Assembly: GCA_002269645.1 (NCBI GenBank)
Contig: NIVC01000578.1
Location: 76,549-140,548 of the forward strand
Source of the DNA: Macrostomum lignano
Lineage: Eukaryota
Direction: 5' to 3'
DNA length: 64,000 nt
The notes below the pieces were generated by a model that saw only the letters and a program-made list of their open reading frames with translations, was not told where the DNA came from and ran no database searches. The translations under genes and the position numbers were made by a program. Of the stretch, positions 23,246 to 35,737 are shown in pieces. How positions within the stretch are numbered: the stretch's first letter is position 1; every line of letters begins with the position of its first letter.

Positions 23246-26200
23246 ATGGCTGAGCCGGCAGCTCCCGAAGATCCGCAGCAGCAGCTGCAGACCCAGTCTG
23301 AGCAGCAGCAGCCGGTGCAGTTGTCGCTGCCGAAGCCCAGCGGCCGCTACCTTCGAGTCCGCATCGCTGACCAAGAGCGCTCGCCTGACGACCGAGTCGC
23401 CTACGTGGTGGAGACGCGCGTGCTCGACCAGGAGGCGACGCCGCAGGAGCTGCGCGACCTGCTGGGCAGCCACGCCCTGCAGACGTGCCGCTACTACTCG
23501 GACTTCGATCTGCTGCGCGGCTTCCTGGAGCTGAAATATCCCGACTGCCTGATCCCGCCGCTGCCGGACAAGCTGTCCTCCTACGCGCCCTGGAAGATTG
23601 CCGGACAGAAGTTTGACCAGGTCTGCTGACTCTGCTGTGTTTGCATTCTTGTCCCTAATCCACCTTTCAGAATCTCTGATAATCCGCCTTTGAGAATCTC
23701 CGATAATCCACCTTTGAGACTCCGATAATCCACTTTTGAGAATCTCCGATAATCCACCTTTGAGAATCTCTGATAATCCACCTTTGAGAATCTCTCTGAT
23801 AATACACCTTTGAGATTATTCGCCAGGCTCAAACAGCAGTCCATTCAAGCCAACCCCATCTTCCGTCCCGCAGGACTTCCTCGACAACCGCCGCTTCGGC
23901 CTGGAGCTGTTCATCAACCGGGTGCTGTGCCATCGCCGCCTGAGCTTGTGCCAGCAGGTGGTGTCCTTCCTTCGTCACGACTCTGAATGGCGCCTGCGCG
24001 TCTTCACGCCGGCCATTGGCCAGCAGCTGGACGCCGCAATCTCCGCGCGAAGCGCCGCATTTCGCTTGCGCTCGCCGCTGCCCGCCGTAGCGACGATGCG
24101 GACCAACGCGGCCGCGGTTCGGGCGGCTGTTCAGGTGAACCTGTGGGACATCTGGGGGGCTTATCAGTGAGCTGACTGGCTTATCAGTGAGCTGACTGGC
24201 TTATCAGTGAGCTGACTGGCTTATCAGTGAGCTGACTGGCTTATCAGTGAGCTGACTGGCTTATCAGTGAGCTGACTGGCTTATCAGTGAGCTGACTGGC
24301 TTATCAGTGAGCTGACTGGCTTATCAGTGAGCTGACTGGCTTATCAGTGAGCTGACTGGCTTATCAGTGAGCTGACTGGCTTATCAGTGAGCTGACTGGC
24401 TTATCAGTGAGCTGACTGGCTTATCAGTGAGCTGACTGGCTTATCAGTGAGCTGACTGGCTTATCAGTGAGCTGACTGGCTTATCAGTGAGCTGACTGGC
24501 TTATCAGTGAGCTGACTTAGCCACTTTAAGGTGCTTATCAGTGGAGGATCAGGATCAATCAAGCAGGCTTAGCTCAGAGCCAAAGTCCCCATCCCGCATG
24601 CCCTCAGGCGGTGGCCAAGGCCTACGAGCAGCTGGTGGCCCGGCACTACCGCATTCACCGGCTCCATTCAACCCTCGGCGGCATCCTCAGCGACTGGTGC
24701 GGCCTGGAGGAGGACCCGGCATTTGCTGACGCCCTGCAGACGGCCGGCCACTACATGGACGTCTATGCTAGCGGAGCCGATTCCGCGGTTGGCGAAGACG
24801 ACGAGCTGCTGAATCGGCTGCGCGAGGCCGCCGGCTTCTGCGACTCCGTGGCTGGCCTCTGCCGGCGCCTGGAGCTCAAGGTGAGCTGCTGCTGGTCTTC
24901 TTATTAGCTTTTATGTGGTTGAACTGGCATGGGGATTCCGCCTGAAAAATTGCCCAAGAATCGCCACTCCAAAACCAGATGAGAATTCTCCTGTCCCACC
25001 AGATAAGAATTCCCTTGCCCACCCAGGTGAGAATTCCCCTGCCTACCCAGATAGGAATGTCCCCTGCTAACTCAGGTGAGAATTCCCCTGCCCACCCAGG
25101 TGAGAATTCTCCTGCCAACTCAGGTGAGAATTTCCCTGCCCATCCTGGTGAGAATTCCCCTGCCCATCCTAGTGAGAATTTCCCTGCCCATCCTGGTGAG
25201 AATTTCCCTGCCCATCCTGGTGAGAATTTCCCTGCCCATCCTGGTGAGAATTTCCCTGCCCATCCTGGTGAGAATTTCCCTGCCCATCCTGGTGAGAATT
25301 CCCCTGCCCATCCTGGTGAGAATTCCCCTGCCCATCCTGGTGAGAATTTCCCTGCCCATCCTGGTGAGAATTTCCCTGCCCACCCTGGTAAGAATTCCCC
25401 TGCCCACCCAGGTGAGAATTCCCCTGCCCACCCAGGTGAGAATTCCCCTGCCCACCCAGGTGAGAATTCCCCTGCCCACCCAGGTGAGAATTCCCCTGCC
25501 CACCCAGGTGAGAATTCCCCTGCCAACTCAGGTGATAATTCTCCTGCCAACTCAGGTGAGAATTCCCCTGCCAACTCAAGTGAGAATTCCCCTGCCAACT
25601 CAGGTGAGAATTCTCCTGCCAACTCAGGTGAGAATTCCCCTGCCCATCCTGGTGAGAATTTCCCTGCCCACCCTGGTAAGAATTCCCCTGCCCACCCAGG
25701 TGAGAATCGCCTTCCCCAACTTATAGCACGATGTAAGTGAACAGTGACTTACAATTTAATCTATTTTTAGCACGGGGCTACACGGGTTGTAGCCTAGTGG
25801 TTAGAGCGCCGGAGTCACGACTTGAAGGTCGGGAGTTCGTTTCCTCACCCACTTGTCATGCCGCAGCCTTGTACTCACTTGTTGTTGTTAAATGGGGTGC
25901 CTAGCAGTGCGGGGTGCTCGCTCACTGTACTCACTTATTGTACTCTGCACCCCCCGGCTTACCCCTCCCCTGTTATTCCTTTTATGCCAACGTGGCCGCA
26001 TATGATTGGCTGAGGCCTGAAGGCCCTACTTGGAGGGCCAAGCGTTTTTGCACTGCCAAAATCGATACTGACTCCTGAGTCATTATACCACTTGGAACAA
26101 TTTGAGTCCTTAAGCAAGACACTTGTAACTCTGCATGGCTTCAGTTCACCCAGCTGTAAAATGGGTGCCAGCATTAGCTGGGGTAATTGAGGGTGTGTGG

Positions 26201-26761
26201 CGACCCCCCCCCCCCAGTCCTTGGACTGAACAGCCGTACGCAGCCTTCAGCTGCGCCGCGCAATGGCTGCGGCTGAGCTGTCGGTTGCACAACTGTCCAT
26301 TTGGGCAGGTGTGATCAATGATTATTATCGTGCTATCAACAGTAGTCTGTATCGCAGGCATATTCTGCATTTGTTTATCGCAGATTCTCAAAGCCGAGCA
26401 GCTGGAAGACGCCATCGCAGCCAAGCGGGACGAGAAGCGCCGGGTGGAGACGGACAGCTACGGCTTGTCACTGCGAGGCCTCCGCACGCGCCTGTTTGGC
26501 GCCCAGGACGCGGAGCAGAAGCGAGCGGCCCTGTATCAGCTGGAGACGGACATCTCCCAGCTGGAGGCCGGCCTGGCCACCGCCCGCCGGAGCCTGGACG
26601 CCGGCAGCGCCTCCGTGGACTCGGAGATGGCCGACTTTCAGGCGCAGCGCCGCGTTGACCTCGGCCGCCTGGTGGCGCTGCTGTGCGAAATGCGCGCCGA
26701 GAAGCTGCACCGCGCCTGCCGCATCTGGGCGCACAGCCGGGACACGTTTGCCCGCGTGTGA
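23246..26761 (+). CDS. SNX4: Sorting nexin 4 (PX + BAR), ~428 aa
   Basis: Exons 23246-23620, 23874-24134, 24608-24880, 26384-26761, all phase 0. PX motifs RYYSDF and IPPLPDK; DFLDNRRFGLELF; SNX4-type ALQTAGHYMDVYAS and SLRGLRTRLFGAQDAEQK. Confidence 0.88.
23655..23815. repeat. ~24-26-bp short array in SNX4 intron 1
   Basis: Unit gataatccacctttgagaatctcc, ~6 copies. Confidence 0.85.
24157..24517. repeat. 20-bp perfect array in SNX4 intron 2
   Basis: Unit ggcttatcagtgagctgact, ~18 identical copies. Confidence 0.95.
24975..25710. repeat. 24-bp minisatellite in SNX4 intron 3
   Basis: Unit ccaggtgagaattcccctgcccac and variants, ~30 copies. Confidence 0.95.
25784..26280 (+). mobile_element. tRNA-derived CORE-type SINE
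   Basis: tRNA-like head 25784-25849 with A box TAGCCTAGTGG and B box GGAGTTCGTTTCC. MIR/CORE-like block gtccttaagcaagacactt...ttcagttcacccagctgtaaaatggg at ~26105-26166. 3' end approximate. Confidence 0.65.
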
Positions 26762-27154
26762 GAGGGCTGGGGGCTGCTAAGCCTGCTTTAAAGTCTGGGA
26801 GCATCACGACTTTACTAAAATAAGTTTTATGACTTGAAGGGTCCTGTTCGGTCGTGAACTGTTGCAAAATTCTCACCTGTATATTTAGCGCGAGGCACGT
26901 GATTGGCCTTTGCTTGCAGCCCAGATGCTTTAATTGTATAATATTGCAGTGCGATCTTGTTATCTACCAATGTCAAGTAAAAGTTATGCGCGTGGTTTTG
27001 CGCTACAGGCTTTCTGTAATTCAATTTCTGAATGCGTTATGATAATGATTTAAACTTCTCTAAATCAATGTCAGCATTGTGTACGAATTTCTCGAATAAC
27101 CTCATCATTGCATTGTAAATTTATCTGTGTATAATGATCACGTTGTTCAGGTCC

Positions 27155-27727
27155 GCAGTTGCTGGGCCAGCCTCCCAGATCCTCGTTGCTAAGCCAGCCT
27201 CCCAGATCCTCAGTTGCTGGGCCAGCCTCTCAGATCCGCAGTTGCTATGCTAGCCTCCCAGACCCTCAGTTGCTATGCCAGCCTCCCAGATCCTCGTTGC
27301 TAAGCCAGCCTCCCAGATCCTCAGTTGCAGGGGCCAGCCTCCCAGATCCTCAGTTGCAGGGGCCAGCCTCCCAGATCCTCAGTTGCAGGGGCCAGCCTCC
27401 CAGATCCTCAGTTGCAGGGGCCAGCCTCCCAGATCCTCGGTTGCTATGCCAGCCTCTCAGATCCGCAGTTGCTATGCTAGCCTCCCAGATCCTCGTTGCT
27501 AAGCCAGCCTCCCAGAGTGTCAGTTGCTAAGCCAGCCTCCCAGATCCTCAGTTGCAGGGGCCAGCCTCCCAGATCCTCGGTTACTTTGCCAGCCTCCCAG
27601 AGTGTCAGTTGCTGGGCCAGCCTCCCAGATCCTCGGTTACTTTGCCAGCCTCCCAGAGTGTCAGTTGCTAAGCCAGCCTTCCAGATCCTCAGTTGCTGGG
27701 CCAGCCTCCCAGATCCTCAGTTGCTGG
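27155..27727 (+). repeat. 28-29-bp minisatellite, family B, 3' of SNX4
   Basis: Unit gccagcctcccagatcctcagttgc+(3-4 nt); same family at 61224-61487. Confidence 0.9.
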
Positions 27728-28159
27728 GGGCCGTCTGCAGTGCCGGATTGCAGTCGTATTAGTTAAGTCTTCGTTTTCTTGAGTTGTATAAATTTATACG
27801 GCAATTCAAATTCGTACAGATAAATTTATTTTCCGAATTCGGCTACTTCTAATTCGATTCGAAATACACAGACAGATATGACTGCTGGTTCCTCAGTTCA
27901 GAAGTCTGCTCTGGTTCACGGCATTTATCTTTGGGAATTAAAACTTAAGTGCAGGGGATTTTTTCCGATGAGAAAATGCTTACCTTGGATTCTGGCAGTA
28001 CAGTGGCAGCCGTGCGCCTATTGGATGCGATTTTTGTTGCCATGGGAACCTGCCCGGGTAGAAGATGCGCTGATTTTTAACTATGAAAATAGAGTCGTTG
28101 AGCGCTGTTGTCCTGCTCAACTTTTTGATAGCTGTTCCAACCACCTAAGGACCGCCATT

Positions 28160-31020
28160 ATGCCGAGGCTAGCAAGTGAGTTACTAATAGGTTTAGTTTT
28201 TGTAATTCTAAACATGTAGTATAGGTTGTTAAATTTAACTGTACTTAAAAGTCGTGCAACTTACGCACTTTGCTCATGTAAAAAAGAAACTGTTAAGCAA
28301 AACTCTAAAGAACTAATTGTGTTTATTTTGACTCCACCCTCCGGTGAGAATGCGTTATGTGTAAGATAGTGTGTAAGATCTGTTTAAGATGTGTGTGTGT
28401 GTGTGTGTGACACTAAGATGTTGTGTAAGGTAGTGTGTAAGACACATCTGGTGTGTAAGACACTAATATGGTGTGTAAGACACTAAGATGGTGTGTAAGA
28501 CACTAATATGGTGTGTAAGATTGTGTGTAAGACACTAATATGGTGTGTAAGATAGTGTGTAAGACACTAATATGGTGTGTAAGACAGTTTGTAAGATGAC
28601 ACTAAGATGGCGTGTAAGACACTAATATGGTGTGTAAGACACTAATATGGTGTGTAAGATTGTGTGTAAGACACTAATATGGTGTGTAAGATAGTGTGTA
28701 AGACACTAATATGGTGTGTAAGACACTAAGATGGCGTGTAAGACACTAATATGGTGTGTAAGATGGTGTGTAAGACACTAAGATGGTGTGTAAGACACTA
28801 ATATGGTGTGTAAGATTGTGTGTAAGACACTAATATGGTGTGTAAGACAGTTTGTAAGATGACACTAAGATGGCGTGTAAGACACTAATATGGTGTGTAA
28901 GATGGTGTGTAAGACACTAAGATGGTGTGCAAGACACTAAGATGGTGTGTAAGACATTAAGATGGTGTGTAAGACACTAATATGGTGTGTAAGATAGTGT
29001 GTAAGACACTAATATGGTGTGTAAGATAGTGTGTAAGACACTAATATGGTGTGTAAGATAGTGTGTAAGACACTAATATGGTGTGTAAGATAGTGTGTAA
29101 GACACTAATATGGTGTGTAAGACACTAAGATGGCGTGTAAGACACTAATATGGTGTGTAAGATGGTGTGTAAGACACTAAGATGGTGTGTAAGACACTAA
29201 TATGGTGTGTAAGATAGTGTGTAAGACACTAATATGGTGTGTAAGACACTAAGATGGCGTGTAAGACACTAATATGGTGTGTAAGATTGTGTGTAAGACA
29301 CTAATATGGTGTGTAAGACAGTTTGTAAGATGACACTAAGATGGCGTGTAAGACACTAATATGGTGTGTAAGACACTAATATGGTGTGTAAGATTGTGTG
29401 TAAGACACTAATATGGTGTGTAAGATAGTGTGTAAGACACTAATATGGTGTGTAAGACAGTTTGTAAGATGACACTAAGATGGCGTGTAAGACACTAATA
29501 TGGTGTGTAAGATGGTGTGTAAGACACTAAGATGGTGTGCAAGACACTAAGATGGTGTGTAAGACATTAAGATGGTGTGTAAGACACTAATATGGTGTAA
29601 GATTGTGTGTAAGGTAGTGTGTAAGATCTGTTTAAGATGTGTGTGTGTGTGTGTGTGACACTAAGATGTTGTGTAAGGTAGTGTGTAAGACATGGTGTGT
29701 AAGACACTAATATGGTGTGTAAGATTGTGTGTAAGACACATGGTGTGTAAGACACTAATATGGTGTGTAAGATTGTGTGTAAGACACTAAGATGGTGTGT
29801 AAGACACTAAGATGGTGTGTAAGACACTAAGATGGTGTGTAAGACACTAAGATGGTGTGCAAGACACTAAGATGGTGTGTAAGACACTAATATGGTGTGT
29901 AAGACACTAATATGGTGTGTAAGATTGTGTGTAAGACACTAATATGGTGTGTAAGACAGTTTGTAAGATGACACTAAGATGGTGTGCTCGATTGCCGCCG
30001 CAATTCTCAGGATGGTTTCTGCTCGTCTTTCTTCTACTGAACTGCTGGTGGTCTGCCAGCTACGGCTGCCGCTCTCCGTGGCACCGCCTGGAGACGCAAA
30101 GCTGCCTGAGCGGCTCGCTGGCGCTGTGGACGAGACCGTCGGGCTCAGTCCTCGACTGCGTGCTCGAAGCCGAGCGCTCGAGCGGCCTGCAGCTGGCCCA
30201 GTTCGACTCGGACACTCGCCAGTGCTCGCTCTTCCAATACACCGCAGTGTGCCACCTTATCGATGGACTCGCTGCTGCAGAGAGCTTGCAGCCCCGCCGC
30301 TGTGCCGCATTCGCCAATGCCAGAGCCGCCAAGTTCCTCACCTTGAGCAGGAAGCTCATGCTGGGTGTGGGCTCGAAGCTGAGGGCCGCCTGGGTGATGA
30401 GCGACGATGCGGACGCCAGCAGGAGCAACTTGGTGTGCGGCCAGACGCAGCAGTGGATGTCGGAGAATGTGGAGTGGAGCAGCGAGGGAGTCAAGCTCGA
30501 CGGAGCGTCGTCCAAGATGTGGCTGGAGAACGTGGAGTTCGCGAGCGTGCAGCAGGGTCTCACGTGGCTGCTCAGGCTCAAGCGGACTGTCCGAGTGGAG
30601 GCAACGCTGCTCGAATCCTACAACTGCGACTCCCCGGGGGATCGGGGCGCGGCGTTTTGGGACGGCTGGACAGGCGGATGGGGCCTGTACTTCTTCAGGG
30701 TCGCTTCATCTTACTTTGAGTACTTCACACCTTCTGCCACGAACTCGTTTGACCCAAATGAATTCGTTGAGGTCGGCGTCACTTCGGCGTCTCCGTCAAG
30801 CCGCGACTTCTTGTCCAACTCCGGGTTTGTGCCGCGGTCTGCTGTGAACACCGGTACTCAGCGTACCGCTGCCGTGTCGACATACCGCTGCATCCGCTTG
30901 GGATTTCGACCTGGCGACTCGCGAATGCTGAACGGCACAATGCAGGCGGTGGCCGTCATGAACGTCACGATGACGGAGGCTGAGATTAACAGCTTCTTCA
31001 GTCTGGTGCGCTTGCCCTGA
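28160..31020 (+). CDS. Secreted PAN/Apple-like + ConA/LamG-like jelly-roll protein, ~341 aa
   Basis: Exon 1 ATG CCG AGG CTA GCA A|gtgagt (28160-28175) joins in phase to ttctcag|GA TGG (30011-31020), giving signal peptide MPRLARWFLLVFLLLNCWWSASYG. PAN-like DCV...AQFDSDTRQCSLF; LamG3-like GVKLDG...IRLG...LNGTMQAVAVMNVTMTEAEI. Confidence 0.7.
28357..29986. repeat. ~20-bp degenerate satellite (gtgtaagacactaatatggt) in intron 1 of the PAN-LamG gene
   Basis: 1.6-kb array with (GT)n blocks at ~28391 and ~29640 lying in a duplicated variant segment. Confidence 0.95.
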
Positions 31021-31717
31021 TATGCTGCTGCTGAGTTTTCAGTTTTCTGACACTTGAGTTGACCATTTTTCGCCTTTTGGATTTCCAATTGGGCTCTGTC
31101 CGAGGTTGACTCCCACAAACTTCTTAAGCTAATGTTAAAGATTCTGCCGGAACCGTTAAGCAGGCAGTCGTCTCTTGTGTTATTTTTTACATTTATTTTT
31201 TCTCGGATGCGCAAAGTTTTTTTATGGCAATACCCAATTCCGTTTAAATCCGTTTAAAGAAAATAACTGTATATTTGCGATCTTGGCCCCATTATTAGCA
31301 TTTCCCAAGCCAATTGTCTATGGCCCGAAATGGGTCTGTGGAGCAACCAGTTTGAGAATCTGGGTGCGCAATCCATCATCCAAAATATATCCTTCTTGTA
31401 TTCGCTAAGACTGCGTCATCCTCGTCACCGGTGTTGGCTTTCTGGTTTTCTGTTTTTTGCCTCTTCGCCGTTCCGATGGGCTTGACTCTCTCGACAGCTT
31501 TTTATACTCGTATTTCATACCATAGTAATGGCGTTTGTTCTGTCTATGGACAAATCTTGCTATGAAACTATTACAAAACTGAATATAAACATAAACAGCA
31601 AGCGTGCTTGCGAGGTTGGAATTTTTGCACGCCTAAATTCTGAAATGAAATGACTCAATGAGACAATGAACAGCAAGCCTTCGATAGCCTGGCCAAGGAG
31701 TTCTATAATTAGCAACA

Positions 31718-31860
31718 TGGAGTGGAAACGAGTTTTTCAGTTTTATCTCATGAGGCCAGACTAGCATAGACAGAGTCAGACAGAGCCATAGACATTCAGT
31801 GCTGGCTCCTTATCTTTAAAATAGGCGTGGCCTCATGAGGTAAAACTTGCTTCCACTCCA
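31718..31860. mobile_element. MITE-like inverted-repeat element
   Basis: tggagtggaa...ttttatctcatgaggcca / tggcctcatgaggtaaaa...ttccactcca. Confidence 0.5.
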
Positions 31861-32759
31861 GATCCAGATTGCTATGGTTATGGTCCATCTTACATGTAAG
31901 TGCCTACGGTAGATAGATGTCTTTTAACTTGGCAATTGTGGCCGGTCACAGAGAGGGACAGTAGTGTCTGGCAGTGGCACCCCGTGCTTGCGTTATACAC
32001 CATTTTACCCTCGATTTTGAACAAGGAGAACTTCGAAACCGACAAACTCCTCTTTAATATTGACACAATGGTCGGGCACTCAAAATCTACTATCAATATT
32101 GAGAGATCAAGCTTCAATTTTGACAAACTCTGGTTCAATTTTGACAACACACGTTTAGTCAACTTCTCCTGGGAGAATTCGGTAACAAAGTAATCCAATG
32201 AAAGCCTGAACAGAGCGTAAGTTATCTGTGCAAAATCAGCTCATTCTGATTTTGTTTTTGGGGTCAACAAGTATTAATAAAAAAAAATTTCTCCATCCTT
32301 TTACACACAGACTAAAATAGCCTGACTGGTTGGGCCGCAAAGTCCGATTCTATTTTGACAGAGTTGCTTCAAAACTGACACTCCATTGTTTGTGTACCCC
32401 AAAAAGTCTGAACTGAGTTTACAATCAATTTTGCCTAAGATTTAGAAAATTCTAATTAAGAATCGTTAAGCTTGGAAATTTCGAGGCGGTCTTTTGTCTA
32501 TGGCAGTTTGTTTTTTATCCATGTCTTAAGGCAGCCTGCGCCTCGAATCTAATTGGCTACTGCTTCAGTTTTTACCATCGATGGTTGGTCAGACCAACGT
32601 ATGCACATCTTGTCACGGAGGAATTCAAAAGAGCATGAAAACAGCAGCTCTCGCTCTGCTCGTGTTTGTCACTTTTGATTGCTAATCTGAAGCACTAATT
32701 TAGTCAGGATGATTGATAGCGATGCCACTGAAGCTTTTTTAAGAGGAGCAGAAACAGCA

Positions 32760-32870
32760 TGGCCGCCGCAAAAATCAGTCTGTGTCCTTCCAGGACCGAC
32801 AGCGCCTGATTTCTGCTCATGAGAACCGAGAGACGACTTTGTGCATCTGGCGAATCAGTTGGGGATAAAG
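32760..32870 (+). pseudogene. Tc1/IS630-like transposase N-terminal HTH fragment
   Basis: GRRKNQSVSFQDRQRLISAHENRDDFVHLANQLGIKRR resembles the Tc1-type HTH. ATG is out of frame; no DDE domain seen. Confidence 0.4.
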
Positions 32871-33491
32871 AGGAGGATTACGGCACATCCGCTCTCTCAC
32901 TTCTGCTCGCAAGCTTTTGCAGATTCGCAAAAAAATTAACGTAGTTTTTTTTCTTTTTACGGCTCGAATCAATAATGGGCATTTTAATAACTCAGTCATT
33001 TATTCGCAAAAAATATAATATATATAAGACTAAACCGCTCTTCAGCTCATAAATCATGAACACTGGAGCAACTGAGCTCACAGGATAAGCCCACAGCAGC
33101 CCCGCCAGGATTCAGTTTGAGTTATTATACTTGTCAAAAAAGCACAAGCGCGGATGCTGGTGGAAGTGGGGAGCAGTGCTGGCTACAGTTGCTGCCCAGC
33201 AGCTCTCCGTGGGCCAATTTTAATTGACTGGCTGCCAACCCTGAGGCCAGCAGCTGCGGAGCCGCGCCTGCTGCAGCCGCGGTGCCTGCAGGCTGACGGG
33301 GATTTATTGGAATTTATAAATTTATAAAAGCTGTCGTTGAGAATCTTGCATAAGTGCCCTGGTTAGGGCCAGGGTTGTTGGGGCCGGGGGGCGTGTTGTG
33401 AAGCTGAGAGACTGCAGAGGATTGAGACTAGCTCGTAGAGGGCAGAAGAGCATACTTTTGACACGTTTTGGCATAAGCACGCTGTCATTGA

Positions 33492-33782
33492 TTTGACTCA
33501 ACTGCTCTGGCTTGGGGGCTTGGCTTGACTCAACTGCTCTGGGTTGGGGGCTTGGCTTGACTCAACTGCTCTGGCTTGGGTGCTTGGCTTGACTCAACTG
33601 CTCTGGCTTGGGGGCTTGGCTTGACTCAACTGCTCTGGCTTGGGTGCTTGGCTTGACTCAACTGCTCTGGCTTGGGGGCTTGGCTTGACTCAACTGCTCT
33701 GGCTTGGGGGTTTGGCTTGACTCAACTGCTCTGGCTTGGGGGTTTGGCTTGACTCAACTGCTCTGGCTTGGGGGTTTGGCTT
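33492..33782. repeat. 32-bp minisatellite
   Basis: Unit ttgactcaactgctctggcttgggggcttggc, ~9 copies. Confidence 0.9.
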
Positions 33783-34609
33783 GGGTGGTGTGTGCGAGGT
33801 AGGGGTTGGCAGTGGGGTGCGGGGAGGGTGCGGGGCAGGGGTTGACAGTGAGGCTGGTGGTGGGTGCACTGTAGGGGTTGGCTCTTACTCGTATTCCAGC
33901 GTCCTGTGCTTCACAGGCTTATCCTCTTGCTATTTCGCTCGCCTATTTTTCAAGTTTTTTCATCCTAGGAGTACAAGCGTCACTTTTAATCAGAAAGATA
34001 CACTCTCGCAACTCTCGATACGTTGCTGCCCAGCGAGAGCAGTAGGTTGAATTTCTGTTGACCATCCGCTAGTTTACTTTAAACGAGTGGGAAAGAAAAC
34101 GAGTATAGGGATAATGCTTGAATCTTTGTTTCGGACCGTCAAGTATCGCCGATCCTATACGAGTAAGAGTTGTCGGTATCTGAGAATCTCTTCGGCTCAA
34201 CATTTATTTAAAAATTCAGAAATTTTTTTTAGACCATTCACGCTGCTTAATACGGGTCGGGCACCGCACAGTTTGCGCGCTCTCTGTTGCTTCGTGCACT
34301 TTGCACGGCCTTGTGTACTTTCTCCCTCACTCGACGTTGCTCTGCCCCGCGCGCACCCACCTCCCCCGATCTGGGTTTGTCTGTTTCCGCGGAGTCGATT
34401 TTTAATTACTTTTTTGTGGCCTCATCTATCCTTGTTTATAACTGCTACTTTTTTCCCTTAATTCTTGTTGATCGCTTTTTTATTTGTTTGCGTCGAAATA
34501 CATTCGTTTTTACTGTCCAAGTTTTTTATCGCTTGCGCGCTTCGCCCTTGCCGCTGGGAATGATAAGAGTCGGATTTGCGGCACGAAGTCTTGGTTCGAT
34601 TGAGTATAT

Positions 34610-35060
34610 TTGATTTCAATCTAAGCCGAGTCTCAAGCTTCCGTGAGTTGACGGAGAGTTTAACTGAATACGAACAGCCGAGTGACTCATGTTGTAGTCT
34701 TCGTGCTGTTCTTCTCGCAAAGACTGGCCCGTCTTTCGGTACGAATAGTAAAGTGTGGAGCCCCAAAAATTGCTTCGATTTTTGATCAGCGCCCCGATTA
34801 TGCTGATCCTTTTGCAGTCCCTGAACAGAATTAGGCAGTTGTAGAAGAGCCTCGCTGTGGCCTTGGAAGACTCCGAGTATTTTTGGAGTCTTTTGGCTCT
34901 GGCCTTTTACATCAGGTTGTCCAGGCACCAGTAGCCGCTCCAGTCCCAGCTGTTCACGCCAATCGTGATGATGATGTTGCTGGGTTGGCACGGTAGAACT
35001 CGAAGCCGCGGCACGGAGCGAAGTACGTGGTGGTGTATTGTTGGGGAACCTGGCGAAAAT
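34610..35060 (-). pseudogene. Degenerate reading frame, weakly SGNH-esterase-like
   Basis: TTYFAPCRGFEFYRAN / (1-nt shift) PSNIIITIGVNSWDW...NLM*KARAK...RISIIGAL...; one frameshift near 34980 and one stop at 34907-34909 in ~150 codons. Confidence 0.3.
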
Positions 35061-35737
35061 TTCTTCGTAGAGAATCTGCGTCATTTTAATCTAGAAAAAT
35101 GCAAAAGGTTCTCAGGAACGAAGGAGTAGAAATTGGCTTTTAACTTGGTGCCTGCATGCACTGAAATTCTAAACTGATACAAGCTTATTTTGCTTCAGGT
35201 GGTAGCCTTGGAATTCTGTTGTCAGCGGCTTGCACGAAGGGCATGAGAGTATTTCTACCTGATGAATTCGTTTGTGGCTGTTTTACATCGCGCCCCTTGT
35301 CCAGAATGACGTCATCCAGGTTGGTCCGTCTGACGGGTCCAAAAAGTCCATTGAAGCCACCTGACAACTGACGCTGAACTGTTTAACCTCCTAGGACCCA
35401 GCAACGTACGAGTAGACCACGCCGCCGACAGAATCCAGGGCACTGGTGTCAGCCAATGATCCTCCTGTCCTCACCGGTAGGCTGTCTGGCGACAGCACCT
35501 GGCTGTGGGCAGTGCGACTCGGAGCAGCTGCTGATGAGGCCTACAAGCTGGGGTCGCCGACGACGCAACAGGTCGCTTGGACGGACTGGATCGGCTCGGC
35601 AATGTAGAGCGTCGCCTTGGCTACTCAGTCGTCGCTGATCTTGAAAGCGCAGCGCAACATTCTGTTCGAGCAAGTATGAACGGGGTAGTTTTAACAAAGT
35701 TCTAAGGTCTGGGAGACCCAGAAGGCTTGTGCTGGCT

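Noticed and set aside
24157-24517. SNX4 intron 2 array as a duplicated exon junction
   Set aside because: Phase matching places the real donor at 24135 (CAG|gtgaac); the array starts ~20 nt inside the intron.
25784-25849. tRNA gene
   Set aside because: Anticodon and acceptor stems are mismatched and it is followed by a CORE block; better explained as a SINE head.
29944-30010. Start codon donated by the satellite (ORF track start 29944)
   Set aside because: Exon 28160-28175 splices in phase to 30011 and gives a cleaner signal peptide.
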